Origin: Welwitschia mirabilis
Taxonomy: Eukaryota
NCBI GenBank assembly: GCA_051453625.1
Contig: JBOZIK010000001.1
Coordinates: 48,614,853-48,651,290 of the forward strand
Reading direction: 5' to 3'
DNA: 36,438 bases
The notes under the pieces are model-generated. The model had not been told where the DNA came from and made no database searches. It worked only from the letters and a program-made list of their open reading frames with translations. Below are positions 12,128 to 23,453 of this stretch, piece after piece. Within the stretch, counting starts at the first letter, position 1, and every line of letters begins with the position of its first letter. The position numbers and the translations under genes are program-made.

Positions 12128-12344
12128 CACCTCTTAACTAGTTTTTTGCTAGTGCCTTAGCAAAAACTCGATAACAAAATGGTTAAACATGAAAAAATTG
12201 TCTATGTCAAAAGTGCATTATTGCGCTGCCAATTTTTATATATTAACACACCCCTCGCTAGTGCCTTAGCAAAAACTCCATAACAAAATGGTTAAACATG
12301 GAAAAATTGTCTATGTCAAAAGTGTGTTGTTGCACTGCTAATTT
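12114..12344. repeat. ~110-120-bp tandem duplication spanning the LTR-A end, PPT and start of LTR-B
   Basis: 12114-12234 matches 12235-12344 (gctagtgccttagcaaaaactc...tctatgtcaaaagtg...gcRctgcYaattt). Confidence 0.9.
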
Positions 12345-13379
12345 GTGGTTATTTGATGGAGGTTTAATGAGCTATTTTATAGGACATTTGCATAGGTTTA
12401 GGTGCAATTCTGAGGATTTTGAAGAACTAATAGAAGATCTCAGAAATGTGCAATTCTTAGCAAGATTTAAGGCATTTAAGACACATTTTGATACATAGAT
12501 ATTTAGAGAAAGAGTTCTAATAAAAAGGCTAAGCTTCTCATTTAATTTCTATTAAAGAAGATCGTCATCCCCTTTGTTTTTTAAATGACATATAAGACGA
12601 TGACACCATTACATGCTAATGTGGACTACTAAATCATCTACTGAGTCACTTGGTAATAAGCTATCATCCCCATCATCATCTGGATAATAGTCAAGATGAC
12701 ACTAATATTGTAAGTGACTCTAATAGCTGACCATTGACCATTTTGTCTGTTTCTTATCTGTAAAAGATGCATTTTTAAAGTGCCTTCTGTTTGTCATTTT
12801 CTGCTGTGTTTTCCTATAAATAAGTTCCCCTTCGATTCTCCTACTTATTTTTGTTGCATTAAAAATTCTCGTGATAGGAAATCGAAGGGCGGGAGATTCA
12901 TCCTAAGTGTTACAGAAACATGTTCCCTTGGTGAAGAGCTATGTTATTTTGTAATCTAGATGTTGTTACTCTTTAATATAAACTTAGTTTTCATGTTTGC
13001 ATATTAGGTTATTAGATTTTCCTTATGATTTGTGTTGCCCTTGATTTGGTAACAATTTCTTAGGTGATATAGATCACCAAGGGTAGCCTTTATTAAGACT
13101 GAAATAAAGTAGATTAATTTCATTTTGCATTACATGTAGATTAGTTGCATTTTGCATTTGCATTACATCCTTTATTTTCTACATTGTTCTTTCATTTTGA
13201 TTACTTTATTTCTTTGTGAAAAGCAATCCAAGTCTCATCTCATAGCCTTCAATGAGAATACGACATTCCGGTTAACTCCTACTCATACTAGTGTGTTGTA
13301 TTATATGAGAAATCTATTTATTTTATGAATGAAAGAGTCCTTTTGAATAGAAATGCTTGCATAAAAACACACCATAATA
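12328..13379 (+). repeat. 5' LTR of element B (~1.05 kb)
   Basis: 12627-13379 is colinear with 18524-19300, and 12328-12630 matches the reverse complement of 17914-18208. Related to 33915-35035. Confidence 0.92.
12815..12822 (+). promoter_or_regulatory. LTR TATA box (also at 18715-18722 and 34460-34467)
   Basis: cctataaataag is conserved at the same position in all three B/C LTRs. Confidence 0.7.
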
Positions 13380-13381
13380 AA

Positions 13382-13400
13382 TTGGTGTTGTTACCAGGAA
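13382..13400 (+). promoter_or_regulatory. PBS of B, tRNA-Asp type (degenerate)
   Basis: ttggtgttgttaccaggaa resembles the Athila PBS TTGGCGCCGTTGCCGGGGA, differing only by transitions, and lies 2-3 nt after the LTR end. Confidence 0.8.
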
Positions 13401-13854
13401 AGGCTACTGAGGAGCATAAGAGTTATCATTGTTTAGGTGAGTATATCGGATTTTTGTTCAGTTATTTATTCATAGCTATGTTGTATTTTATTTAGGAACC
13501 ATAGCTCTTCTGTCTGCAGTTTGTTAGTTTTAGTTTTCAGTAGTGAAATAGTGGTCATCCTCTCTGTCGTCCCCACAATAGATAGAATGATAGTCTGTAA
13601 TTTTAGTTTTTGTTTTCAAATTTTAATTTTTTGTAATAAAATCAGTCTCTATCGTCTCCTATGTCATCTGGATAACAAGGAGGATGACAGCTTATGTTTT
13701 TTTTTCTTTTAGTTTTCAGCTTTCCACTTTGCTATTTTCTATTTTTTTGCTTTCTCTGTTCATCGTTCCCTCTATTGTCCCTACAAAAAACAAGATGATA
13801 GCATTTTGTTTTTTATTTGTTTTTCTGTTATTTCTGTTTATAAGATACTGTGAC

Positions 13855-15600
13855 ATGGTTAGTCCAAAAAATAAAATATCATAGAAAAAGGGTTACTAAT
13901 AGAAGAAAGTATCAACAAAGGACTGGTCTACTTTAAAATATAATCAAGAACGCAATCTTTAGGTGCATACAATATCTTATTCGAGTTTAATTTTTGTTAA
14001 ATCATTAAAGAGAATAGAATTCAACCATCACTGTGTGCCTATCTTCATCTTGAATTAGATTTTCTTTTCCCCATTCTTCTCAAAAATAAATAGTGATACA
14101 AGGACCCTTAAGGACATTCTTACTAAAAGAAGGAGAAATCCTAAGGAAAATAGTAAAAAAACTCTTCGAGAACTTCTTATAGAAAAAGGAATAACAACAA
14201 AAAATGACGTTGAGAGTAAGGATTGAGACCATTCCTCCTTTCAACTGTCTTATTATTTCCCCTTTCCTTTTCAAATTTCATACAGGAATAATAATTAAAA
14301 TCTTAGGGATTCAACCTAATATAATTACTTTTATCCATCTCATCCATCTCCCATGCATTACTATGAAGAAGAAACATCTCCCATGAATTACTATGAGGAA
14401 GACATGATTGATGTAATGAAGAAAAGTCTAGAAAATACCAAGAAAAGCATAGAACATACAAACAACAAACTAGAGAAGTTGGTTCAAATCCTTCAACAAA
14501 ATTTATTACAAAAAATAAGGTTCTCTTATAATACAAAAACCTCAAAGCTATCTTGCTTTATCTTATCTTGAGGAAAATAAGGACAACTTAGGAATAAGTT
14601 ATAATGATTTTTACTTTCAAATAGAGAATGAAATTTTGGATCAAAGTTCAACATCTTACCCATTAGGAGATGAGTAAAAGGAAAACAACAACAATTTAAC
14701 TATATCTTTCAACAATGAAGATGAGGATGATATTCATTAAACGATGATATTGAGGTATTAGATTATATCCTTGAAGCCCGTTTATTAGATAAAGAATACA
14801 TTCATGAAAAATTTAAAAATTTCTTAATCTATAATAGACATAATGATTGCATTTCTCCTTCTCATGGAAATAATAAGATGTAATAAGATGATAAGTATGG
14901 TGAAGAAGAAGAGGATGATAACATTGAAATATTAGACCATATCCCTTATTTTCACATACTTTACAAAGATGAAGGAGTTCCACGTAAATAGAGGCTTAAC
15001 TTTTGAGATTAATAGAGATAGCATTGAGACAGAATCAATGGAAAAGATTAACTTAGTGACAATAACTTAAATAAGGATTACAGTTTAGAGTTGACAAAAT
15101 TATTTGGAGAGGAAGAGGAGTCAGACCAAGAAGCATTACAACATCCTTCATTACATAATCAACACAATGACTACTTTCCTTTCTATAATCTTTCTAATGA
15201 TCTTTTTGAGGAATCTACTAACTTAGAGAAGAAAAATAATCCTCAACAAAATGAAAAAGAAGAGTAAGATATAGTCAATAATAAAGAAGAGGAATATATG
15301 ATTAATGAATAAAGAATTTAAACAAGAAACTCTCCAAATCACATCCCTGTCCTCAAAAGTAATGAGACACATTATCTTGAGGACTTAACTCCAAAAATCT
15401 TCCAATCCTTTTCTTTGCAAATTTCATGTGCCACAAAAAGTAACATCTTTTCCTCTTTCTCAAAGACAACTCTACCTTGTGCTTCCATTAATCATTCTTT
15501 ACAAAAACAAGACTTGAGTTATCTTGAAACTCTAAATTAGGGCAAGCCATACCTTCTTGATTTAAATCCATGTTTAAAATTAAATTTTAAATAGNNNNNN
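13855..15600 (+). pseudogene. Decayed gag-related ORF with long acidic D/E/N-rich extension
   Basis: The start is homologous to the gag start of C (35491). Coiled-coil-like stretch in ORF 14353..14571, then GAA/GAT/AAT-rich codon runs. Many stops and frameshifts; the end is uncertain. Confidence 0.5.
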
Positions 15601-17252
15601 NNNNNNNNNNNNNNNNNNNNNNNNNNNNNNNNNNNNNNNNNNNNNNNNNNNNNNNNNNNNNNNNNNNNNNNNNNNNNNNNNNNNNNNNNNNNNNTGAGTT
15701 ATCTTGAAACTCTAAAGTAGGGCAAGACATACCTTCTTGATTTAAATCCATGTTTAAAATTAAATTTTAAATAGCTTCTTAGGTATATAAAACCTATTTT
15801 AATCACTCATCCTAATAAGTTTCTCACAAATTCTTGGATCTCAAATAATACCTCCCATGTTTAATATCAAGCTGTGAATGCAATTTATGTTTCAAATCCT
15901 TTATATTATGATTTTGATAAGAGATTGTTTTTCCATAAGTTGTATGAATTTTTTATCTTTTATATTATTGTTAATTCTTATGGAAATAAAATTTCATGTG
16001 CTCATGCAAATTGAAAAAAGCCTTGTCTTCTTAAAAATTTATGTCTTAAATCAAATGATAGAAACCATTTTCAAGAACCTTCAAAATCATCTTGGATACT
16101 TTGTTTTGGACCCTTCTCACATGCTTTTTCTAATGATACTTGGGATTCACAAAGTTTTCATAAGAGATTAATTGACACTTATCAGTCCTTTATCTTTTAT
16201 TTGAATTATGAAATTTGTGCTATCAAAGTATTATCTTTGTATTCTCTCTTCTTACAATTGATCTTACTTAAAAATGATTGCATACCTTTTATATTTTATC
16301 AATTAGTAAACATCTAGTTTGGACCTTATTTCTCTAAAAGAATGCAACATCTTAAGACCATTGAAATAGATCCTTCATTTTTATTTTTCTTTTCAATAAA
16401 AGTGTCGATTAGATTCTTAGGATTTGAATAAAGTTTATTGGTTTTAATGCTTTCTCTTTACTTCTTATGATTTTTACTTTGATTTTGTTTTTAACTTTAT
16501 ATTTTGATTTTCTGTGTGTGTCATTTCTTCTGTCATCCCTATGACAGTCAAGAAGATACTCTTTATTTTTCATTTTATGATGTCCATTTTTTGTTAGACT
16601 TTCACTTTCTGTTTTTATTTTTTGTCTTTGTCGTCTTGCATGTCGTCTGGACGATGAGAAGAATAACCATTAGTTCTTTTTAAATTTTGGTTTTCTATTA
16701 TTTTGAAAAAATACATTCTAATAGCTTTATTGAGGTTTTTGACTTGATCACTTAAGAATTTCAGAAAGTTAATGAGCAAATACTAAAAATATTTGAGCAA
16801 CAATTTGAATTTTCTCTTATCTTTTTCCTTTGGAGTTCATTATGGCATTACTTGATCATATTTCAAATATAACTTATGTATTTATTTCCATGATTATTAT
16901 TTTGACTTGGGTATTTTATAGTGGTAAGATTAGATTCACCCAATCTTAATACATTCACACATCTATGAACTTCAATATGAAGGAAGATGCTTTTTTTTTT
17001 TTAATGTTTTTCTCAATGATGAAAAGGTCTCAGATTGTTTAAGAGTGAAATAAGATCATGATGTTTTATATTTGAGATATTTTTAAAAACATGGTTACCA
17101 TAATGTCATACTATAAGTACACCAATGCAAATATTTTTGAGAGAAGCCTTTGGTAATGTAATATGATAGCCATGAAATTCTACTGGAAGGTTAGTTGGCC
17201 ATGCTTCACAAGTTCTTACTTCTTTAATGGTGGCTGCACTCCTCTTATCAAG

Positions 17253-17283
17253 GATGATAATAATAATAATAACAACAACAACT
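17253..17283 (+). repeat. (GAT/AAT/AAC)n trinucleotide microsatellite
   Basis: gatgataataataataataacaacaacaact. Confidence 0.85.
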
Positions 17284-17832
17284 AGGAGGCTAAGGGATAA
17301 TGGTATTCCTGGTATTACCATAAGCATTGCTCGTTTCCTAGACTCTTAGTCTTTCCATATGATCATCTCATTTTTTGAGATTTAGGTGTTTGTTTTGAAA
17401 TATTAGTAGGTGAGTTTATTTTTGAGTAATTCATTGGTCTGATCATTCATTGTTTAAAGCATTTTAATCTAGCATCATCATAACCACTACCTTATCACAT
17501 GGAATTTTTTATACATCAAGTTATGTGTTTTAAAAGCAAGTGATATTATGATTTCTTTCATGAGAGTCTGCTAGGTTGAAATATCAAATAGATATGTTAT
17601 CTTTTCTTTATGTTATCTTATATCCATTCTTTTTGTTTTCTTTTGCGGTTTGGTTAGTTATTTCAAAGTCATTACTGTATTTTCTTATCTTAATGGTTTC
17701 CTTACTTAGTTTTCAATAAAGAGTTGACTTCTTGCCTAAATAAATATTTTTTATGATGTTTATTTTTCATTTTTTTGAGTTCTTAAAATTGCTCATAATC
17801 ATTTTGTAATGAAACATTTTCATTGTCCACTC

Positions 17833-18456
17833 TTTTTTTTACTTGTCAGGATATTTTATCTATCTATATTTTTCAAATCCGACATTTCTTTACTCAACTT
17901 TACATTTCATTTAGAAGTAGTCCATATTAGCATACAATGGTGTTATCATCCTACATGTCGTCTGGATGACAAAGGGGACGATGGTCTTCTTTAATAGAAA
18001 CTAAAGGAGAATCTTAGCCTTTTTATTAGAAAGCTTCCTCTAAAGCTCTATGTATCAAAATATGCCTTAAATCTTACTAAGAATTGTACATTTCTGAGAT
18101 CTTCTATCAATTATCCAAAATCCTTAGAATTGCATCTAAACATGTGTAAATGTCCTACAAAATAGCTTATAAAACCCCATTAAATAACCACAAATTAGTA
18201 GCGCAACATAGCCCTCCACTTAGCCTTTTCCAGTCCCTAACAAAAACCAAGTAAAAAATCACAATTGCAAGCTAATTTGTCTTATAAAAAATCAATCTAG
18301 AAATTTTAAAATAGGCTCATGAAACACATCACATAACAAAGTAATAATAATGCATAATGTGTATGAAAATTTTTTAAAATTTTATCTCATGAAAGCTCAA
18401 AATTTTTATGAAAATTGAGCCATAAGAATGGTTCTTACCCCCCTAAGTAAAAAAAA
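17833..18456 (-). other. Inverted segment holding the PPT and first part of the 3' LTR of B
   Basis: The LTR start reads on the minus strand from 18208, with the PPT gaaaaggctaagtggaggg at ~18230-18212. The segment is flanked by a 12-bp inverted repeat ttttttttactt / aagtaaaaaaaa. Confidence 0.85.
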
Positions 18457-19300
18457 TACGTCCCGTATTGGATAATAAAGCAAAGGACATAGACAGGAAT
18501 AAGAAGGCAGAAGATGGATATTTTGCTGAGTCATCTATTTAGTCACCTTTTGTAATAAGTTGTCGTCCCTATCACCATCTGGATCATAGTCAGGACAACA
18601 CTGACATTGTAACTAACTCTAATAGTCAACCATTAATCATTTCATTTGTTTCTTATCTATAAAAGAGCGCATTTTTGGAGCACCTTCTGTTTGTTATTTT
18701 CTGTTGTGTTTTCCTATAAATAAGTCCCTCTTCGATTCTCCTACTTATTTTCATTACACCAGAAATTCTCGTGACAGGAAATTAAAGGGTGGAAGATCCA
18801 TCTTGAGTATTGTAGAAAGACATTCCTTTGGTGGACGACTATGTATCCTCCATTGAGGCCCAACTATTTTATAACCCATATGTTGTTACTCTTTAATATA
18901 AACTCATTTTTCATGTTTGCATATTAGTTTGTTAGATGTTCCTTATGGTTTATGTTACCCTTGATCTGGTGATAATTTCTTGGATGATATAGATCATCAA
19001 GGGCAGCCTTTGTTAAGACTAAAAGAAAGTAGTTTAGTTTTGTTTTGCATTGCATATAAATTAGTTGCACTTTACATTTGCATTGCATTCTTTATTTTAT
19101 GCATTATTCTTTCATTTTGGTTACTTTATTTCTTTGTGAAAAGTAATCTAAGTCTCATCTCATAATCTTCAATGATATAATAACATTTGGATTAACTCCC
19201 ACTTATACTAGTTTATTATCTTGTTTGAGAAATCTATTTTATTTTATGAACAACAAAATCCTTTTGAATATAAATGCTTGTACAAATACACACTGTAACA
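18457..19300 (+). repeat. 3' LTR of element B, non-inverted part
   Basis: Colinear with the 5' LTR from 18524. Ends ...CTGTAACA followed by the TSD. Confidence 0.9.
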
Positions 19301-20509
19301 TGCGTCAAGTGTGTGAACGATATAAGGTGAAAATTGTATGACCAATTTTATGTGATTAAGACATCAAACCAAAAATGTTTAGTGAAAATCAAGATGCCAC
19401 ACCCCCTAATCAAGACTCGATTATCCTCAAAGTTTATGGTAAAAATGTTAAGTTATTTGAGAGAATAGGTGTAGATGGATTGGGAAGAGTTCTTTTGTTG
19501 AAAAAAATGCAATTTAAACTAAGGAAGAAGGCAAGCTATTTTCAATCAAACATGTGCTAAGTGGAAGAACTATTTGCATAAATAGTTAATGCTTTAGGAG
19601 TTATTTCTTATGAAAATAATATAGAGTGTAATGTAGTGAAGTGATGCAAGGTAAATGAGATGGAAAGTGCATAAATGACGTGAAATTAGAAACCAATGAA
19701 TAAATAAGTAAACCATCCTAAGTTATTAGCCCTTTATGATATTTTTGTGTTTTTTCAATGGATCGCATTATCAACCAAGTTAAGTTTTAACCAATTAACC
19801 TATAGGGATCTAAGGAATCAATGCAAATCCTAAGTGTAAAAATTAAAAGACAATAGTTCACATAAGACTGCTAATTCCCACCTTTTTGTTTCTTTATTTT
19901 TTATTTCTACCTTTGCATATATCCTTAGTATCATACCTTTAAACCACATTGAGCATCCAGTGTTAAGACATTTTCTACTAATAGAGTTAACTATGTTGTA
20001 TTATGTAAAAATCAATGCTACATTACCAGTGAGGATTTATAGCCCTGATATAGTTGAACATGTCATAATTAAATCATTAGAGCTACATTGCTAATAGGCA
20101 TCCATAACCTTGGTGCAGTTAATTAAACCCAACTACATGATTAGTGTTATGTTCTTTTGGAGAAGAGATATATCATTTTCTTTTCTTCATCTTCCCATGG
20201 TCATTTTTTAATGCACTTTTAGGGGGTCATTAGTTCATTAACATTGTTAAGATAAATCTTGTCCCCATTAAAGGATTTTTACTTAAAGAGCACATGCAAA
20301 GGTAAATCCCACCTTTGTAACTAAGTTTCACCACAACTAGTGACTCTAAACAAATGTGTTCTTAACTAATACTTAAAATAAGTGTTTTTCCCCCTTAAAA
20401 ACCCATAAATAAACTTGATCTTAACCATTACTTAGGTGATAACGCGATCACTTATTATTAATTTTTGTTTTAAGGGCATTTAACGAGATCAATAAGTCTC
20501 AAAAACTCA

Positions 20510-20630
20510 TGGGTTGATGGTTTGTGTGAATGGTTTGTGTGAATGGTTTGTGGGTTTGATGGAGTGGTTTGTGTGAATGGTTTGTGGATTTGATAGAGTG
20601 ATTTGAAAATGAATTTAGTGAATGATAAGG
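20510..20630. repeat. Short tandem repeat (13-bp tggtttgtgtgaa and variants) just downstream of integrase
   Basis: ggtttgtgtgaatggtttgtgtgaatggtttgtgggtttgatggagtggtttgtgtgaatggtttgtgg. Confidence 0.85.
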
Positions 20631-20654
20631 TTCAAAAGAATGTTGAAATGAGTG

Positions 20655-21850
20655 ATAATGTTTCAGATGGTATCCATTAAATTTAAGGAGTTTAAGGTTT
20701 TGGGGATTTCCAATGAAAATAATTTCATGTGGTAAAACCTTTTCTATTAAGAAGGGTCCTTTCCACTTAGCCATTAATTTGCCTAAAAAAAGATGTAAGT
20801 TTGAGCTATATAGCAAGATTAGTTTCCCCTCTTGAAAAGATTTTCTAAGGATATGTTGATCATGGAACTTCTTCATCCTATCCTTATTTATTCTCATGCT
20901 ATCATAGGTGTCATTCTAATTTCGTTTAGTTCATTGAGTTGTATGATCCTATTTTGCTTTGCAACTTCTAGGTTTATATTCTTTATTACTCAGTAAGCCC
21001 TATGTTCAAGTTCTATAGGTAAATGACATGTTTTACTATAGACTAATTGAAAAGGTAACATCCCTAAGGGTCTTTTATAATCTATGTGGTATGTCCATAA
21101 GCCATTGTTAAGTTTGAAGAACTAGTCTTTTCATGTTGACTTTACTACTTTCTAAAGGATTTTCTTAAGTTTCCTATTTATAACCTCAACTTGTTTACTT
21201 TTTTGTGGATGATAAGGTGTTGCAAATTTATGTGTAACTCCATATTTAGTAAGAAGGATGTTAAATATTTAATTACTAAATTGTGTTCCTCCATCGCTAA
21301 TTAAAACACATAAAGAAAATGTCTTAACTTATTTTAGCATCATTTGTTTGATAAGCACATGCTTTAACCTATTTATTTATGTAGTTAAGACAAATAAGGA
21401 TGTATTGATTTCCATTGGATGATGGATAAGGGCCTTGAAAATCAATTGTTCATACATTAAAAGGTTTAACAATAAGGATGGGGTTTAAATCCATTATTTA
21501 TCTACATGAAAGACTTCCTAAACTTTGACAATTATCACAAGATTTTTAGTAGAAATAGAATTCTTTGAAAATCGATGGCTAGTAAAAACCTGATTGTAGG
21601 ATTTTTGTTATAATCTTATTAGTTGAGTAGTGGCCCCCATAAGCCTCGAAATGATAATATTTAAGTATGTTCTAAATGTCAGTTTTGAGGGATACATCTG
21701 CAAATAACTTGATCTAGACAGTATTTAAAATGATATGGGCTATCCCTAAAGAAATATTTGGCTTGGCTTAAAAACTTAATTTTATTATTAATGGTCTAGT
21801 GAAAAGGAATAGTTTTGGAGACTAAGTAATTGGCGATATCTACAAACCAA
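20655..21850 (-). pseudogene. pol: Integrase of element A, decayed
   Basis: [40 protein letters not shown] 20499..20897 has KDRMKKFHDQHILRKSFQEGKLILLYSSNLHLFLGKLMAKWKGPF...FNGYHLKHY. Confidence 0.93.
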
Positions 21851-21949
21851 GGTCTTTCTTTAATCGAAAAGAAATGTTTATCAAGAAAAGTGTCATCGAC
21901 AGGTAAAGATGTTTCTAGATTATTTGGAGATATGGATGAATGATAATCT

Positions 21950-23340
21950 ATAATAACATTATCAAAGCCTTTCTTATTCTTAATCTCTAAATTGAATTCT
22001 TGAAGGAATAGGATCCATATGATAAGACATGGTTTTGAATCTTTTTTAGCAAGGAGGTATCTAAGGGTTGAGGGATCAATGTAAATAACTACCTTAAATC
22101 CTAAAAGATATTACCTAAATTTTTCATGGGTAAAGACAATAGCTAGAAGCTCCTTCTCTATGATGATTTACTCGATTTAAGTGTAATTTAAGGCTTTACT
22201 GGCATAGTGAATTACAACTGGTTTTTTATCAACTCTTTATCCTAAAACTACTCCTACTGTGAAGTCACTTGCATCACACATAAGTTTAAAAGGTAACTTC
22301 CAATTAGGTGTTTGGATAATGGTCATGGAAATTAGTTTTTCTTTGAGTTATTCAAATGTGTTTTGACATGATAGAGTCTAGTTAAAGAAGATATCCTTAA
22401 TCAAAAATCATATAAAGGCTCAAAGATTTTACTGAAATCCTTGATGAACTGCCTATAATATCCTAGATGCCCTAAGAATAATCTAATGTCTTTTTATTTT
22501 TGAGGAATTAGCAGGTGTGTGATCAATGAGATCTTAGCTGGATCTGCTTGCATGCCTATCTTAGAGATAACATGTCCTAAAACTATACCTTGATTTACCA
22601 TAAGATGGCATTTTTTGAGTATAAGGGATTTTCAAATGCATCTTTTGAGAATACATTCAAAGCTATTCAAACAATGGTTAAACAAGATTTTATAAACTGA
22701 GAAATCATCCATTGAAATTTTAACACCTGAATCTAATAAGTCAGAGAAGATTCTGAACATGTAACATTGGAAAGTAATAGATGCATTGCATGGGCCTAAG
22801 GGCATTCATTTGTAAGCAATCATTTTATAAGGACAAGTGAAGGTGGTTTTGCCTTGATCTGCGGAAGTAATTTCAATCTGATTATAACTTGACTATCCAT
22901 CCAATAAATAGTAAAAAGGGTGCCCTACGAATTGTTCTAAAATTTGATCTAGGAAAGAAAGATGATAACAATCTTTTCTAGACCCAGTATTTAATGTCCT
23001 ATAATCAATACACATCCTTCATTTCACTACAGATTTGGTAGGAATAAGCTTATTATGCTTGTTAGGGACAAGGATAATTCCTGATTTCTCAACTATACTA
23101 TAAGTTGGACTTAGCCACTTTTTACCTACAATAGGATAGATAATCCCATTATTAAGAGGTTTAATTACCTATTTTAATAACTTCCCTCATAGTTAGGTTT
23201 ATCCTACATGATGCTTCAATGGATGGTTTGACATTCTCCTCTAAATAGATGTGGTGCATGCAAATACTGGGTTCAATGCCTCTAATGTCAGAGAGGGTCC
23301 ATCCTATTACTTATTTATTCTTACTTAAGAGTCTAAGCAA
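21950..23340 (-). pseudogene. pol: Reverse transcriptase and RNase H of element A, decayed
   Basis: GWTLSDIRGIEPSICMHHIYLEEN; *RMCIDYRTLN; FYYLLDG*SSYNQIEITSADQGKTTFTCPY; KISMDDFSV at ~22697-22721; RH motifs MCDASDFTVGVVLG, EKELLAIVF, WILFLQEFNLEI. Confidence 0.93.
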
Positions 23341-23453
23341 TTAATTTTCTTTGGATGGGGTGAGGAAGAATTTATAACTACTAGGAAGTGGAGTTATCCC
23401 AAAAGAAAGTGTATTTCATGTCATCAGGCAAGGGTTTAAGTTCTAAGTTAACT

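Larger units (their letters stand above)
12328..19300 (+). mobile_element. Non-autonomous Athila-like LTR retrotransposon B, inserted in the 3' region of A
   Basis: TGTTGC...TAACA ends; TSD TGTGT (12323-27) / TGCGT (19301-05); PBS at 13382; flanks rejoin to match the empty homologous site aaaagcacgtcaagtg at 11231. No PR/RT/RH/INT motifs seen internally. Confidence 0.88.

Noticed and set aside
12564-13799. 38-bp palindromes ~100 bp apart resembling a CRISPR array
   Set aside because: There are only 2-3 per cluster, they vary internally, they sit within LTR and leader sequence of a eukaryotic retroelement, and no cas genes are present.
13521-13884. Hydrophobic F/L/I-rich short ORFs (also 7627, 15878, 17809, 18980) suggesting membrane or env proteins
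   Set aside because: They are a by-product of T-rich LTR and leader sequence, and the frames are not preserved between LTR copies.
15515-15774. 80-bp direct repeat flanking the 15595-15694 gap
   Set aside because: The copies are near-identical (2 mismatches) and directly abut the gap, so this is most likely an unmerged contig overlap.
19301-20500. Possible Athila env-like ORF between integrase and 3' LTR of A
   Set aside because: The region is only ~1.3 kb, and the homologous copies in the window differ by frequent indels with no shared frame.
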